IMG/VR virus record: IMGVR_UViG_3300010222_000003
Coordinates: 1 to 63,920 of that record
From: a virus
Direction: 5' to 3' (one strand)
DNA: 63,920 nucleotides
A program made the translations under genes and the position numbers. This document shows positions 45,201 to 54,174 of the stretch, in pieces. The notes beneath the pieces are model-generated. The model made no database searches, was not told the DNA's origin, and saw only the letters and a program-made list of their open reading frames with translations. The stretch's first letter is position 1. Every line of letters begins with the position of its first letter.

Positions 45201-46575
45201 TAGAAGCGTCAATGCCGCCGAGTCCCGACATGATGACAAACTCTTGTTCCAGTGCGTTTTCGGCGGCGCTGCGCCCCCGTCCGCCTTCACCCATCGGAGC
45301 ATCAGGCAGTTCCAGGTTCAACGACCCGTCCCGAGCGAACTGAATCCGCGTATCCAGCTTTTCAAGCACCGCCGCCTGCTTCATAGCTCGGTGGGACACG
45401 GTTTCCCCATCACAAGCTAACGTCACTTCCGCGGACCGCATACCTGGGTGATAGGCGTTTTCTCGGCTCCGATTATCCGGCGAAGACTCCGAATCGTTTT
45501 CCAGTTCGATTTCGATCGTATTCACCGAACCAGCCTCTTCGAACGCACTTCCGTAGGGGCGCTCGACTAAGCTGTTACCGACAGCAAAGTAGTCGGTGCC
45601 GGTAATCGTTTGTCCGATTTCCGAAGCGTGGGACCCCGAGCCGAGTGTCGGAACACCGTAGTCTCCGTGGGTGTTCTTGTACGTCCGGTTGCCGTACAGG
45701 ACACCAAGCAACTGTGCGTTCTCGTAGCTATCGACATTCCCATCACCGTCAGTATCCGTGCCTTCGGTTTCCCAGATTAGAATGTCGCCCGCATGGTCGG
45801 TTTGCCCGTCAACTGTCTGAATCGCGTCGATCGAATCAAACGAAGACGTGGTAGTGACCGTGTTCGAAGCATCGTTCCCATCCAGGTTGATAGACTCGGT
45901 AGTCGTCGCGCCTTCGTCTTCGATTTCGACCGTCAACCCGGTATCAGCGTTGTTAACACCGCCGCCAGGTAGCCGCGATTCGAGATTAAGCGGGTTGCTA
46001 TTCGAAGGTTGGTCGAACTGGTAGCTCCGCCCGTTTTTAACCAGCAGCGACGCTTCGACAGCCCAATAGACTTCTTCGGGGTCGCCTTCAAGGGTTAGCT
46101 CATCGACTAAGCCGCCACGCGCCACGGTATACAGGTGGCTATGGCGCGGGCCGGCGGCCCCGTCCCCGATGTAATCAGCGTGAACGGTAGACGCTGCGGC
46201 GTTCGGGGACCCTTCCCCGTCTTCGTGGGTTGCCGCGCGTTCTACGATGGATACGGTGCCGGGAAGCCGGCCCGACGCACTGCGGAACATGCCGTAGGCG
46301 CTCAGGTCGTTCGCGTCGCCTGAGCCGTCGTAAAACCAGCGCTGTAGATCGTAGCTGATCGTTAGTTCGTTCTCTTCAAGACCTTCGGCGTATTCGTTAT
46401 CGTGTTGGCCGGTGCCGGCCTTGTCTACGGCTTCCGGGCCAAACTCGGGTTCGAAGTCAGTAACCCGGTCACTAATCATTTGCCATGAAGGATCAGACGG
46501 GGTAACTCCGACGGTTTCCTCCGCTATCATTTCGATACGCGAAGGTAGTAATCCGCCTTCTGTGTTGCGTGACAT
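45193..46575 (-). CDS. Major tail protein (putative)
   Basis: 460 aa. It is the only large structural gene between the connector genes and the G/GT chaperones, and no separate tube gene is seen. Preceded by element C. Confidence 0.6.
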   Translation of the reverse strand: MSRNTEGGLLPSRIEMIAEETVGVTPSDPSWQMISDRVTDFEPEFGPEAVDKAGTGQHDNEYAEGLEENELTISYDLQRWFYDGSGDANDLSAYGMFRSASGRLPGTVSIVERAATHEDGEGSPNAAASTVHADYIGDGAAGPRHSHLYTVARGGLVDELTLEGDPEEVYWAVEASLLVKNGRSYQFDQPSNSNPLNLESRLPGGGVNNADTGLTVEIEDEGATTTESINLDGNDASNTVTTTSSFDSIDAIQTVDGQTDHAGDILIWETEGTDTDGDGNVDSYENAQLLGVLYGNRTYKNTHGDYGVPTLGSGSHASEIGQTITGTDYFAVGNSLVERPYGSAFEEAGSVNTIEIELENDSESSPDNRSRENAYHPGMRSAEVTLACDGETVSHRAMKQAAVLEKLDTRIQFARDGSLNLELPDAPMGEGGRGRSAAENALEQEFVIMSGLGGIDASTP

Positions 46576-46618
46576 TATGGTCTATAGTGGATTCCTTAAA
46601 GGGTTTGAAAACTCGGCG

Positions 46619-46639
46619 GTGCGCTGCGTAGCAGCGCAC
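46619..46639 (-). terminator. T1 hairpin copy (GTGCGCTGC-GTA-GCAGCGCAC)
   Basis: Perfect stem, located between element C and the major tail gene start. Confidence 0.55.
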
Positions 46640-46667
46640 GGGACCGTAAAGCAAAAGCGTAAGCATA

Positions 46668-46691
46668 TGCGCTGAATAAACATTCAACCCA
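46668..46691. repeat. T2 palindrome copy 4 (degenerate: TGCGCTGAAT-AAAC-ATTCAACCCA)
   Basis: Two mismatches in one arm. Confidence 0.7.
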
Positions 46692-46728
46692 CGGAACAAA
46701 GCACCAAGGCTACGGGCCTGAGTACCGC

Positions 46729-46908
46729 GGTCATTAGAAACCGGCAATCTTTTCTGGTTCGTTACGCAGGATTTTGTTGCCCTGATTCCCTCTTCTTGTA
46801 GCAACAAAATCTGGCGTAATTACCCGGAAGCCTTTGCCGATAGATTAACGAAACCGGCTCGTTAGGTCCTGTGCCGCCAAAGTAGTAGTAATTAATCTGG
46901 TAGGTTGG
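46729..46908 (-). repeat. Structured intergenic element, copy C
   Basis: AT box 46880-46908. An 11-bp stem (46770-46780 / 46801-46811) encloses the core. Hairpin 1 is degenerate. Extra shared GGCCTTGCTT with copy D upstream. Confidence 0.9.
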
Positions 46909-46938
46909 CAAAAGCAAGGCCAGATGCCTGCGAACCCC

Positions 46939-46963
46939 GCGTAATTACCGAAGGTAATTACGC
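46939..46963 (-). terminator. Hairpin GCGTAATTACC-GAA-GGTAATTACGC overlapping stop of CDS 46958-47488
   Basis: 11-bp perfect stem. Confidence 0.55.
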
Positions 46964-47488
46964 CCTGATCCGATACCCGGTTTCGACAGTCGCGTAGTAA
47001 TAGGGCTCCGGACCCATATCAGGATCTTGAAGAATAAACGGGAATGACAGCGCCCGCAGGTCCGTAGTCAGAGTATCCCCGGTCGAAGAATCCGGGTCCG
47101 GGACACCCAGGTACTCCTCTTGTACTATGTCGCGAACCTGCGTACCGATTTTCGACCCGGCTTCTTGGGGATCATAGCGCTGTCCCGAGGCTTCAAAACT
47201 CGGCGGCAGAGTCTGATACGAACCAGCCCACACCTGAATGTCCGCACGCCCGTCGTACTGGTTTACAAAGCCCCGGCCGGTGCCTTTTAACCCGCGAACG
47301 CCGCCGCTTCCGCCGGCCCCACGGATCGTAATTTGCGGGTAGGGTAGCTCTTCGTCGGGCGATCCGCCTAAGCTAACCGCTATGTCGTCTTCGCCGCTGT
47401 CCGTTGCCGCTAAGCCGAGTCCTAAAGACTCGGCAGGGGTCCATTCATCCAGTATCAGCTTTCGTAATGCAACGCGGATTTCGTACAT
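46958..47488 (-). CDS. Tail completion/terminator-like protein (positional)
   Basis: 176 aa, the last connector-region gene before the major tail gene. Confidence 0.5.
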   Translation of the reverse strand: MYEIRVALRKLILDEWTPAESLGLGLAATDSGEDDIAVSLGGSPDEELPYPQITIRGAGGSGGVRGLKGTGRGFVNQYDGRADIQVWAGSYQTLPPSFEASGQRYDPQEAGSKIGTQVRDIVQEEYLGVPDPDSSTGDTLTTDLRALSFPFILQDPDMGPEPYYYATVETGYRIRA

Positions 47489-47500
47489 TGTTAACGCGCG

Positions 47501-47887
47501 TTAACGCTCCTTGTCGGTAATCTTTTCACAATCACATTCAACGACGCCCGTATTATAATTGTTAACGTCTATAATTTCGTATTCTTTGCCGCCCTTCGGC
47601 GGCGCGCGTGCGTCTTTGATTTCGTCGCCCTCTTCTGGGTAGGTTCCAAGCTCTTGTAGTTCGGCTTCGCTGAGCCTGATAGTCGCGTCGGCTAAGACAG
47701 CGTTGCCGCTCGGGTTCTGTCGTTGTGTCGGCTTGGTGTTCGATTCGATCCTGATTCCCACGTCATAGGCAGTTTCGTTGCTAATCGGCCTGCCGGTGTC
47801 GGGGTCCCTGCCGCCGTCTTCTGAGGTTACGAGTGTTCCGGGGAAGGCAAATTCTTCGTGTAATTCGGTTATCGCTCCGGTATCCAT
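47501..47887 (-). CDS. Head-tail joining protein (positional)
   Basis: 128 aa in the connector region. Confidence 0.5.
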   Translation of the reverse strand: MDTGAITELHEEFAFPGTLVTSEDGGRDPDTGRPISNETAYDVGIRIESNTKPTQRQNPSGNAVLADATIRLSEAELQELGTYPEEGDEIKDARAPPKGGKEYEIIDVNNYNTGVVECDCEKITDKER

Positions 47888-47959
47888 ACGTCTTTTTTAT
47901 GCCGTCTACGCAAAAGAGTTATGACCGCCTGGTTGTTTTAACCGTGTGGGTTCAAACCT

Positions 47960-48634
47960 ATGTACGAAAGCGAACGCGGCGAAGTCGGCGAAATCGGCAG
48001 GCCGGATAGTTACGAAATCGCGCCGGGCGATACCATTGTGTACCCGCGCGGAGACCCTGCGGACGAACGCGACAGGTCCGAAGGCGGCGCTGAAATGACG
48101 GTGAAAGAAATTTTCACCCCGAAGTACGAAGAGGACAGAAAGCACGTTTGGTTTGAAGAGCCTTGGTCCCATGTCGTACGCCCGCTTTCGAAAATCGTCA
48201 TGAACGTGAACCGCGGGCAGGCAACCATAGAACCGAAGGCAGGCGCGCGGGTTTGCCGCGGGTGTGGAACGCGAATGCCCGTAAGCCTGGCAATGGGGGT
48301 TCCGGAAATACATTCCGAGGACAGCCCTGCGTACTGTCCCGAATGTACGGATAGGCTTCTGGATACCGAGGGTAAAAAACCGGACCCGACGAAACCCCCT
48401 TCCCCTGGCGCTGTAGCCGAAGCCTATGCGGAATACATCAGCCATAACAACGGACTTGAAGCGGAAGCAAAGCCCGACGGCAGTGTCGAAGTCAGTTTCT
48501 CGGACCCGCATTATCATGTGTATATCCGCTCAGCGTTCCGAAAGGGCTGGTTGGTGGCGCGTGTAAACTTCGAAGACAAGGCTGTCCGGTTGGAATGCTA
48601 CGATCGGTCGCCCTATGATCAGGGCGAATACTAA
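47960..48634 (+). CDS. Hypothetical Zn-ribbon protein (plus strand, inside structural module)
   Basis: 224 aa of natural acidic composition with CRGCG ... CPEC. The overlapping minus-strand ORF 47906-48517 is Arg/Phe-rich and looks like a shadow ORF. Confidence 0.6.
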   Translation: MYESERGEVGEIGRPDSYEIAPGDTIVYPRGDPADERDRSEGGAEMTVKEIFTPKYEEDRKHVWFEEPWSHVVRPLSKIVMNVNRGQATIEPKAGARVCRGCGTRMPVSLAMGVPEIHSEDSPAYCPECTDRLLDTEGKKPDPTKPPSPGAVAEAYAEYISHNNGLEAEAKPDGSVEVSFSDPHYHVYIRSAFRKGWLVARVNFEDKAVRLECYDRSPYDQGEY

Positions 48635-48635
48635 C

Positions 48636-48661
48636 GTGCGCTGAATGTTTATTCAGCGCAC
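48636..48661. repeat. T2 palindrome copy 5 (GTGCGCTGAAT-GTTT-ATTCAGCGCAC, perfect)
   Basis: Sits exactly between the convergent genes 47960-48634(+) and 48662-49012(-). Confidence 0.9.
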
Positions 48662-49012
48662 CTACTCCGAGTACAACTTTTTCGCGTAGCGCTGGAACGC
48701 CCCGGTAGCCGTGTCGCTTTCTTCTGCTACCTCTTTGGCCCCGTCATACACCCGCTGGATTTTGCTAAATTCAAACCACGCCAAAACGCTGAGAACGCCC
48801 GCTAAGCGGATTCGCCACACAGGGGGCGGCGGGTCATCATTTTCTCGAAACCGGCCCCACGCGACCATTGACGCCCTGCTAAGCCCCCAACACCACAAGG
48901 CAGAGAAAGCGGCCAGCAGTACCGCGCCAAAGGCGAAAAGTCCAAGCACAATGCCGACAGCTACAACGACTTTTCCGATGGCTACATACGCTTCCGTGGG
49001 TAATGCTATCAT
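48662..49012 (-). CDS. Membrane protein, hypothetical
   Basis: 116 aa with two or three hydrophobic helices. Confidence 0.55.
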   Translation of the reverse strand: MIALPTEAYVAIGKVVVAVGIVLGLFAFGAVLLAAFSALWCWGLSRASMVAWGRFRENDDPPPPVWRIRLAGVLSVLAWFEFSKIQRVYDGAKEVAEESDTATGAFQRYAKKLYSE

Positions 49013-49019
49013 TTGTGGC

Positions 49020-49373
49020 TTAGATCAGGATTTTAATTGCGATCCACACAACGGTAAACCATACCAGGCCGGCAATTCCAAGGATCAGCGGACACGCTAT
49101 TAAGATCGAATGGCGCACCCGGTTCACGTTCCGTTTCACCGAAAACCAAAACCAGGCGACTTCGAAGGCCCTGGTTCCGCCGGTGTTATGGTACTCGTAT
49201 ACGTCCTGTTTCGCCTTTTCCTGCTTCCGGGTCATTTCGGCTAACCACTCGTATGCGGCGAAAATGAAGCCGACAAAGGCGTGTGTCACGAATACTACCC
49301 ACGCGATTCCGGCTTCACCGGCAGGGCCGGCAGGTCCGAGAATTGTCGGCACCGTTTCAATTGCCGAAATCAT
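49020..49373 (-). CDS. Membrane protein, hypothetical
   Basis: 117 aa with three hydrophobic helices. Confidence 0.55.
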   Translation of the reverse strand: MISAIETVPTILGPAGPAGEAGIAWVVFVTHAFVGFIFAAYEWLAEMTRKQEKAKQDVYEYHNTGGTRAFEVAWFWFSVKRNVNRVRHSILIACPLILGIAGLVWFTVVWIAIKILI

Positions 49374-49375
49374 GG

Positions 49376-49720
49376 TTATGGTAACTCTGTTTCGATTTCG
49401 CTTTCAGTTACCCAATGCCGCAGTTTAACCAGTTGCTCCGCGAACTGATACTCGTAACTCTGTGCGGCTTCTAATTCGGACATTTTTATCTCATCGGCAA
49501 CGTTCCAAAGGAAGTAATCAGCGACACCGGACCCTTCGATGATTACGGTATCGGTCGTTGCACCCCATTCGATGTTTGGCGGCGCTTCTTCGGCGGCGTC
49601 TTCAATTGCACGGAGTAGCACTTCCTTCGTGTTCCGGGGGTAATCCAGCACCGCAAAGGGTACTTTGTCGCCTTCGAACCCAGGGGTAGTCTCCGTGTAG
49701 TAGTCGTTCTCGTCGCTCAT
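49376..49720 (-). CDS. Hypothetical acidic protein
   Basis: 114 aa. Confidence 0.5.
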   Translation of the reverse strand: MSDENDYYTETTPGFEGDKVPFAVLDYPRNTKEVLLRAIEDAAEEAPPNIEWGATTDTVIIEGSGVADYFLWNVADEIKMSELEAAQSYEYQFAEQLVKLRHWVTESEIETELP

Positions 49721-49790
49721 TCTAAGTTAGCCTCGTTAATATTTTTACACTGGCCAGCGGTTTATACTTTGCTGGTAGCTACGGCAGTAG

Positions 49791-50147
49791 CTACCGGATT
49801 TTTACCGGCGGGGCGTACGAAGCCCTCAGAGTGCCGGTATCCACTGGCGCGCGGCGTTGTACGTCGCCTGCTAAGTCCGCCGCCGCGCGTTTCAACGCTT
49901 CGTCCGGATTCGACGCGCTGCGGAAGTACTTGTCTATGTTGCCCCGCATTGCATCAGTCGCCGGCCGCAAGTGGGGTTGGGCTGGCATTTTATAAGTGCC
50001 GTATTCCTGGTGTGCGGCATAGTAAACGTCGGAGCCTACGACGTACGTCGGCTGTCCCATTGCACCGAAGCGTTCTGCCGCGCCTGTAAACTCGGATAAC
50101 CATTCGGTGTACCCAATAAGATCAACGAATTTGGACCCAGAAGCCAT
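49791..50147 (-). CDS. HK97 gp10-like head-tail connector protein
   Basis: VGSDVYYAAHQEYGTYKMPAQPHLRPA matches the motif I recall for the gp10 family. Confidence 0.6.
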   Translation of the reverse strand: MASGSKFVDLIGYTEWLSEFTGAAERFGAMGQPTYVVGSDVYYAAHQEYGTYKMPAQPHLRPATDAMRGNIDKYFRSASNPDEALKRAAADLAGDVQRRAPVDTGTLRASYAPPVKIR

Positions 50148-50162
50148 AGGTGTTTTCTCCGA

Positions 50163-50579
50163 CTATCCTCCGACAAGGAACCCGCTGGTAGTCTTCGTAA
50201 ACAGCCGGTTCGACGTGTCGCGTAGTTCCGCGACTTCGGCGAACTTGTCATCCGTTTCGGCGTCTCCACTCTTGAAGTAGGTAATGGATTCGCCGCCGGA
50301 TTTCACGGTTTTCTTTTCGCCGCTACTGACTGTGGTTTTCGGTGCGTACAAGTAATCTGCGGCCAAATACGCAACTACTTCGTTGTAGACGCGCGGAGTT
50401 ACCCGGTCGTAAATCCGAGCGCCTGCGAATTGCTCCGCAAATTCGATAGCGTCTTCTGCTGCGGCGTTGCCTTTCGAATTCTCGGACGGGGCTTCGCTAC
50501 CTTCGTTTTCGCGTTCGAAAACGTCGCGAACATCATCGGGCGTCACGTCGCTGCTGTAGGAACCTGGCGAAACGGACAT
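50163..50579 (-). CDS. Head-tail adaptor (positional)
   Basis: 138 aa, immediately downstream of the capsid gene. Confidence 0.5.
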   Translation of the reverse strand: MSVSPGSYSSDVTPDDVRDVFERENEGSEAPSENSKGNAAAEDAIEFAEQFAGARIYDRVTPRVYNEVVAYLAADYLYAPKTTVSSGEKKTVKSGGESITYFKSGDAETDDKFAEVAELRDTSNRLFTKTTSGFLVGG

Positions 50580-50667
50580 GGTATAGTTGTAACTGGTTGC
50601 CGTTGTAAATAAAAAAGGAAGTCTTTGCTACTGATTCAGCGCCGGAACTACCTTCGAAGCAGCAACG

Positions 50668-51546
50668 TTAGTTTCCGATTCGGGTTGCTGCGTTCGGGTG
50701 GGTCTCTGTATACCCGATCAGGGTATACATCTGCATTTTGGTGTCAATCTGCTTGTCGAAGTTACTACCCTGCTCGGGACCTGCGGCGCGGGTCGTCGGG
50801 GGAAGCCACTCGGCACGCCGGCCGAACCATTCCCCGTCAACCACGTACGCTTCGCCGGAACCCATGTCGATCAGGGGCGAACCGGTGATATAGACGTTAC
50901 CGAGGCCGGCGATCGAACCAACCCGCCCGAAGCGGATCGTTTCGTCGCCTTCGGCGGTAGCGTGCGTAAACTCATCCATCTTACGCACGTCTCCGAGGCC
51001 CTGGAATCCGACGAACAAGGCACTCGGGGCGTATTCGCCTTCCTCCGAGTCACGGACCTGGGTATCCGCGTCTACGAAGTCTTCGTACGTCAGTTCACCG
51101 TTCGACCCGGACGGGGTAATGGCGCTATGGTCGTTTCCGGCAACGCCGGCTTCGACCTGGCGGAACGCCGCGGCATCCATCGTATTCGCCATACGATTGA
51201 TCTTCCGCTCCGCTTCGATAGCGACTTCGCCCGCGGCATCGTCCCGGGCGGCTTCCATGGTAATGTTGTACTCTTCGCCGTACTTGTACCGCTGCGCTCG
51301 GACCGTACGGTCATCACCCTGGCGCTCGGGAAACTCCGAACCCTCTTCGACAATTTCGATTTCCTCGGTGTCGTATTTGCCGTTATCGACATGGAATGAA
51401 ACTTCGTCATCCCCGACACTGGAAACGTCTTGTTCGCGAAATGCGTTCTGGAAGACCTGGCGGTGGCGAACACGGTCCAAGAGGAACGCGTTTACCATGT
51501 CCGGGTCTTTTAGCACGTCGGCACTGAGTGCAGGTTGATCAGGCAT
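50668..51546 (-). CDS. Major capsid protein (HK97-fold, putative)
   Basis: 292 aa. Follows the protease, scaffold and decoration genes in canonical order. Confidence 0.75.
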   Translation of the reverse strand: MPDQPALSADVLKDPDMVNAFLLDRVRHRQVFQNAFREQDVSSVGDDEVSFHVDNGKYDTEEIEIVEEGSEFPERQGDDRTVRAQRYKYGEEYNITMEAARDDAAGEVAIEAERKINRMANTMDAAAFRQVEAGVAGNDHSAITPSGSNGELTYEDFVDADTQVRDSEEGEYAPSALFVGFQGLGDVRKMDEFTHATAEGDETIRFGRVGSIAGLGNVYITGSPLIDMGSGEAYVVDGEWFGRRAEWLPPTTRAAGPEQGSNFDKQIDTKMQMYTLIGYTETHPNAATRIGN

Positions 51547-51601
51547 GTTAGTATACTTTTAGTGTTCGTGTTTTTGATGTTATTCTTTCGCGTTCTGTGT
51601 T

Positions 51602-52030
51602 TTAGCGGACCAAGACCTGTCCCATCCCATCACCGTCAGGGGCGGCCAAAAGCCGAAGCTCAGGCCCGTCCTGCGGGTCTTCGCCCGTGTGGATCGGCTT
51701 CAATTCGCCGGGGTTGCCACTCGGAGTTAAGAACGCGGGCGCTTCGACAGCCACGTCGGCAGTAGCGCCGTCGTTATCATCATCGTACTCGTCGGCAACG
51801 TTTGCGTTCTTCACCCCGCCGAGTGACACGGTAACGATGTCGTCCCGGCCCGCAGGCCCGGGGCTCGGGTCGCCCTGAGCAATGCCGAAGACAGCTTCGT
51901 CCTGGGTGTCAGTCGCCGCAACCTGCCGGTCGCCCGTCAGTTTCACGGCGTCATGCCGGCTAAGGTCCGTGCTGGCACTCGGGTCTACCGTACACGTTAA
52001 CGTATCAGTGTCGGAAAATTCAGCGTGCAT
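51602..52030 (-). CDS. Head decoration/cement-like protein (DUF2190-like, from memory)
   Basis: 142 aa. DAVKLTGDRQV...AVFGIAQGD...VTVSLGGV pattern directly upstream of the capsid gene. Confidence 0.5.
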   Translation of the reverse strand: MHAEFSDTDTLTCTVDPSASTDLSRHDAVKLTGDRQVAATDTQDEAVFGIAQGDPSPGPAGRDDIVTVSLGGVKNANVADEYDDDNDGATADVAVEAPAFLTPSGNPGELKPIHTGEDPQDGPELRLLAAPDGDGMGQVLVR

Positions 52031-52075
52031 TGTAATCCTTAGTATGTTTGTTTTGCGGTGTAGTTTCCGGCAATT

Positions 52076-52642
52076 TTACGCCGTAAGCTGGTCGATCGTT
52101 TCCTGCGCTTGCTCCGCGGCAGCGTCCCAACCCATCTGCTTTGCCTTGTCCCGCTTCGCGCTGAGCGCAGCGACCTTTTCCTCGGTTTCCGTATCCATGT
52201 CCGGGCGCTGTCCGTTTGCCGTCTGAGGGGTTCCCTCTTCGGGGCTTCCAACCGAAGACGTGCTACCCCCACCAGCGCTGTCTTCGACAGCGCTTTCAGG
52301 ATCAACGATGTACTCTTCGGGGTCATCGATAGCCGACAGCACTTCGTCCGCACTCATGTTCTCGACAAAATCATCGGCCAAACCGCCGCGGGCCTTCAAC
52401 GCCGCGCGGAGCATATCAGTAACGGGATTCAGGGCTTCGACCTGCGCAGTTGCCGCGTCCCGTTCGGCCTTCACGTCTTCAAGCGACGCCTGTAGCTCTT
52501 CCTTGTCAGACTCGGCTTCCTTAAGCGACGCCCGTAGCTCTTCGTTCTCGTCTTCGGCCTCAGAAAGCGACGCCTTGGTTTCATCAAAATGCTCTTCCGG
52601 GATTTCGACAAAGCGCCGGTCCTGATTATCCGTGTCGGTCAT
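52076..52642 (-). CDS. Scaffolding protein (putative)
   Basis: 188 aa, strongly acidic with coiled-coil-like repeats (ASLKEAESDKEELQASLEDVKAERD). Lies between the protease and capsid genes. Confidence 0.6.
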   Translation of the reverse strand: MTDTDNQDRRFVEIPEEHFDETKASLSEAEDENEELRASLKEAESDKEELQASLEDVKAERDAATAQVEALNPVTDMLRAALKARGGLADDFVENMSADEVLSAIDDPEEYIVDPESAVEDSAGGGSTSSVGSPEEGTPQTANGQRPDMDTETEEKVAALSAKRDKAKQMGWDAAAEQAQETIDQLTA

Positions 52643-52665
52643 AAGGCCTAATTCATAGCTATTCC

Positions 52666-53514
52666 TTAATAAATGCGGATAGGTTCGGGTTCCTCTTCGG
52701 CTTTGATTGTGATGTCTTCGGGCGATAGCTCAGAAGCCGCGTCTAACAGCGCGTTCCAACCAATGTCATTATCTTCGGCGATTGATACCAGCGTCTTCGA
52801 ATCGATCGGATACCCATTAATCGGCACTTCGATCGTTGCTTCAACCATTTCCTGGTTGCCGCCGGTACTATCAGGGGCAGGACTGTCCCCTGCCGCCAAA
52901 GCCGAAGCCAGGGCGCTATGAGTCCGTTCGGTTCCTCCGTGCGCCAAAGCGGCGATAGCAGGGTTATCCGCCGCTGAGCCCAAAGTCGAGTAATTCGCGT
53001 CAGACGCCCCATCACCGGCAACCGCAGCGATACGATTGTAGCTGTAATCAGTCATGTACGGCACTTCTTCGCCGCCGATTTCCTCGTATTCGATATGATC
53101 ATGGTTCGGGACAGAAGCTTCTAACGAAACGTCGAAAGTGCCGTTTCCAAGCGCCGCAGCTAATTCCCAGTCGTCTACTTCGGCTTCGTACACAGTACCG
53201 AGGCCAGGCTGGTAGGCCATGTCAGTGACGCGTCCTTTGCCTACTGCCTTGTCTTCGTGTAGAACGCTAAATTCTTTCCCGACGCCGGTCAAAGCGGCCT
53301 TCTTTTGCTCTTCGCCGGGCCAGTACTTCGAACCGTGTAGTCCGTGCGTCACTTCGCCGTCGGCTAAGAGAACGCCGTTTACTAACCAGGGTCCTTCGCC
53401 CTCGGGGGCGGGTTCGGAGCCCTCGGTTAGTGCCGCGCGGATGTTTCCGTCCGATTTCAGGCGAATATCGGCGGTCGTGTCGTTATCGTTGCCGTCAGTA
53501 CCGTCAGTAGACAT
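52666..53514 (-). CDS. Prohead protease (putative)
   Basis: 282 aa. Position is upstream of the scaffold gene. VLHEDKAVGKGRV...FDVSLEASV loosely resembles HK97-type protease motifs. Confidence 0.5.
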   Translation of the reverse strand: MSTDGTDGNDNDTTADIRLKSDGNIRAALTEGSEPAPEGEGPWLVNGVLLADGEVTHGLHGSKYWPGEEQKKAALTGVGKEFSVLHEDKAVGKGRVTDMAYQPGLGTVYEAEVDDWELAAALGNGTFDVSLEASVPNHDHIEYEEIGGEEVPYMTDYSYNRIAAVAGDGASDANYSTLGSAADNPAIAALAHGGTERTHSALASALAAGDSPAPDSTGGNQEMVEATIEVPINGYPIDSKTLVSIAEDNDIGWNALLDAASELSPEDITIKAEEEPEPIRIY

Positions 53515-53568
53515 AGAAGTAACTGGCCGGTTTATCGCTCTTTAAAAGCGCGCCACTCCGTAGCGCGT

Positions 53569-54168
53569 CTACCTGCGGGTTCCTGGATCGTAGTCGGCGG
53601 GTTTGTCTTCGTCCCACCGGCCTGATTCTGCCGAATCAGGCGAACCGCCCTCCGCCGAATCCGAGAAATCGAAGCCGACAGATTCGTCGGGGGTGCTGTC
53701 GTTCGCGTAACTCGACAGCAACGCACCCATAAACTCATTAACATCCGCCTGCGTAAACTCGGTTTCTTCACCGCGGGCCAGCCGGTTCACCTTTTCTTCG
53801 AAGCCGGCAGTAGAAGCAGCATTGGCGGACGTTTCCACGAACTTGAACCCGTTGTAAATGGTTTCAAGCCGATCTCCGGACACGTACTTCCGAAGCAGGT
53901 TCGAAAGAACGTTATCAACGATACCGATCAGCGGGACGTACGCCGCCATTTGCTGGCTAAACGTCGCCTGATCCAAGGGGTTGCCGGCCGCCGCCGACAT
54001 AACTCCGATCAGCGCCGCGACTACAACCGTAGAACCGAAGCGCGACCCATCGAACGGTTCGCCCGATTTCGCGCGGTTGTTCGCGTAGCGCCAAATGCCC
54101 CACGCAATACCGGCCCCTACGGTTTTCAGCATCGGAGCCAAAACCGTCATATCGATTGTTTCGTGCAT
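53569..54168 (-). CDS. Hypothetical protein with hydrophobic segments
   Basis: 199 aa. Confidence 0.5.
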   Translation of the reverse strand: MHETIDMTVLAPMLKTVGAGIAWGIWRYANNRAKSGEPFDGSRFGSTVVVAALIGVMSAAAGNPLDQATFSQQMAAYVPLIGIVDNVLSNLLRKYVSGDRLETIYNGFKFVETSANAASTAGFEEKVNRLARGEETEFTQADVNEFMGALLSSYANDSTPDESVGFDFSDSAEGGSPDSAESGRWDEDKPADYDPGTRR

Positions 54169-54174
54169 TCTATT

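Noticed and set aside
45193-46575. Tail sheath (myovirus) assignment for the 460-aa protein.
   Set aside because: No tube-sized gene lies between it and the G/GT chaperones; only a plus-strand cassette does. It is therefore called a generic major tail protein, and morphology is left open.
46729-46908. MITE or diversity-generating retroelement explanation for the five elements.
   Set aside because: I could find no terminal inverted repeats at the element borders and no target-site duplications. No reverse transcriptase or transposase is encoded. Differences between copies are not adenine-specific and preserve helices.
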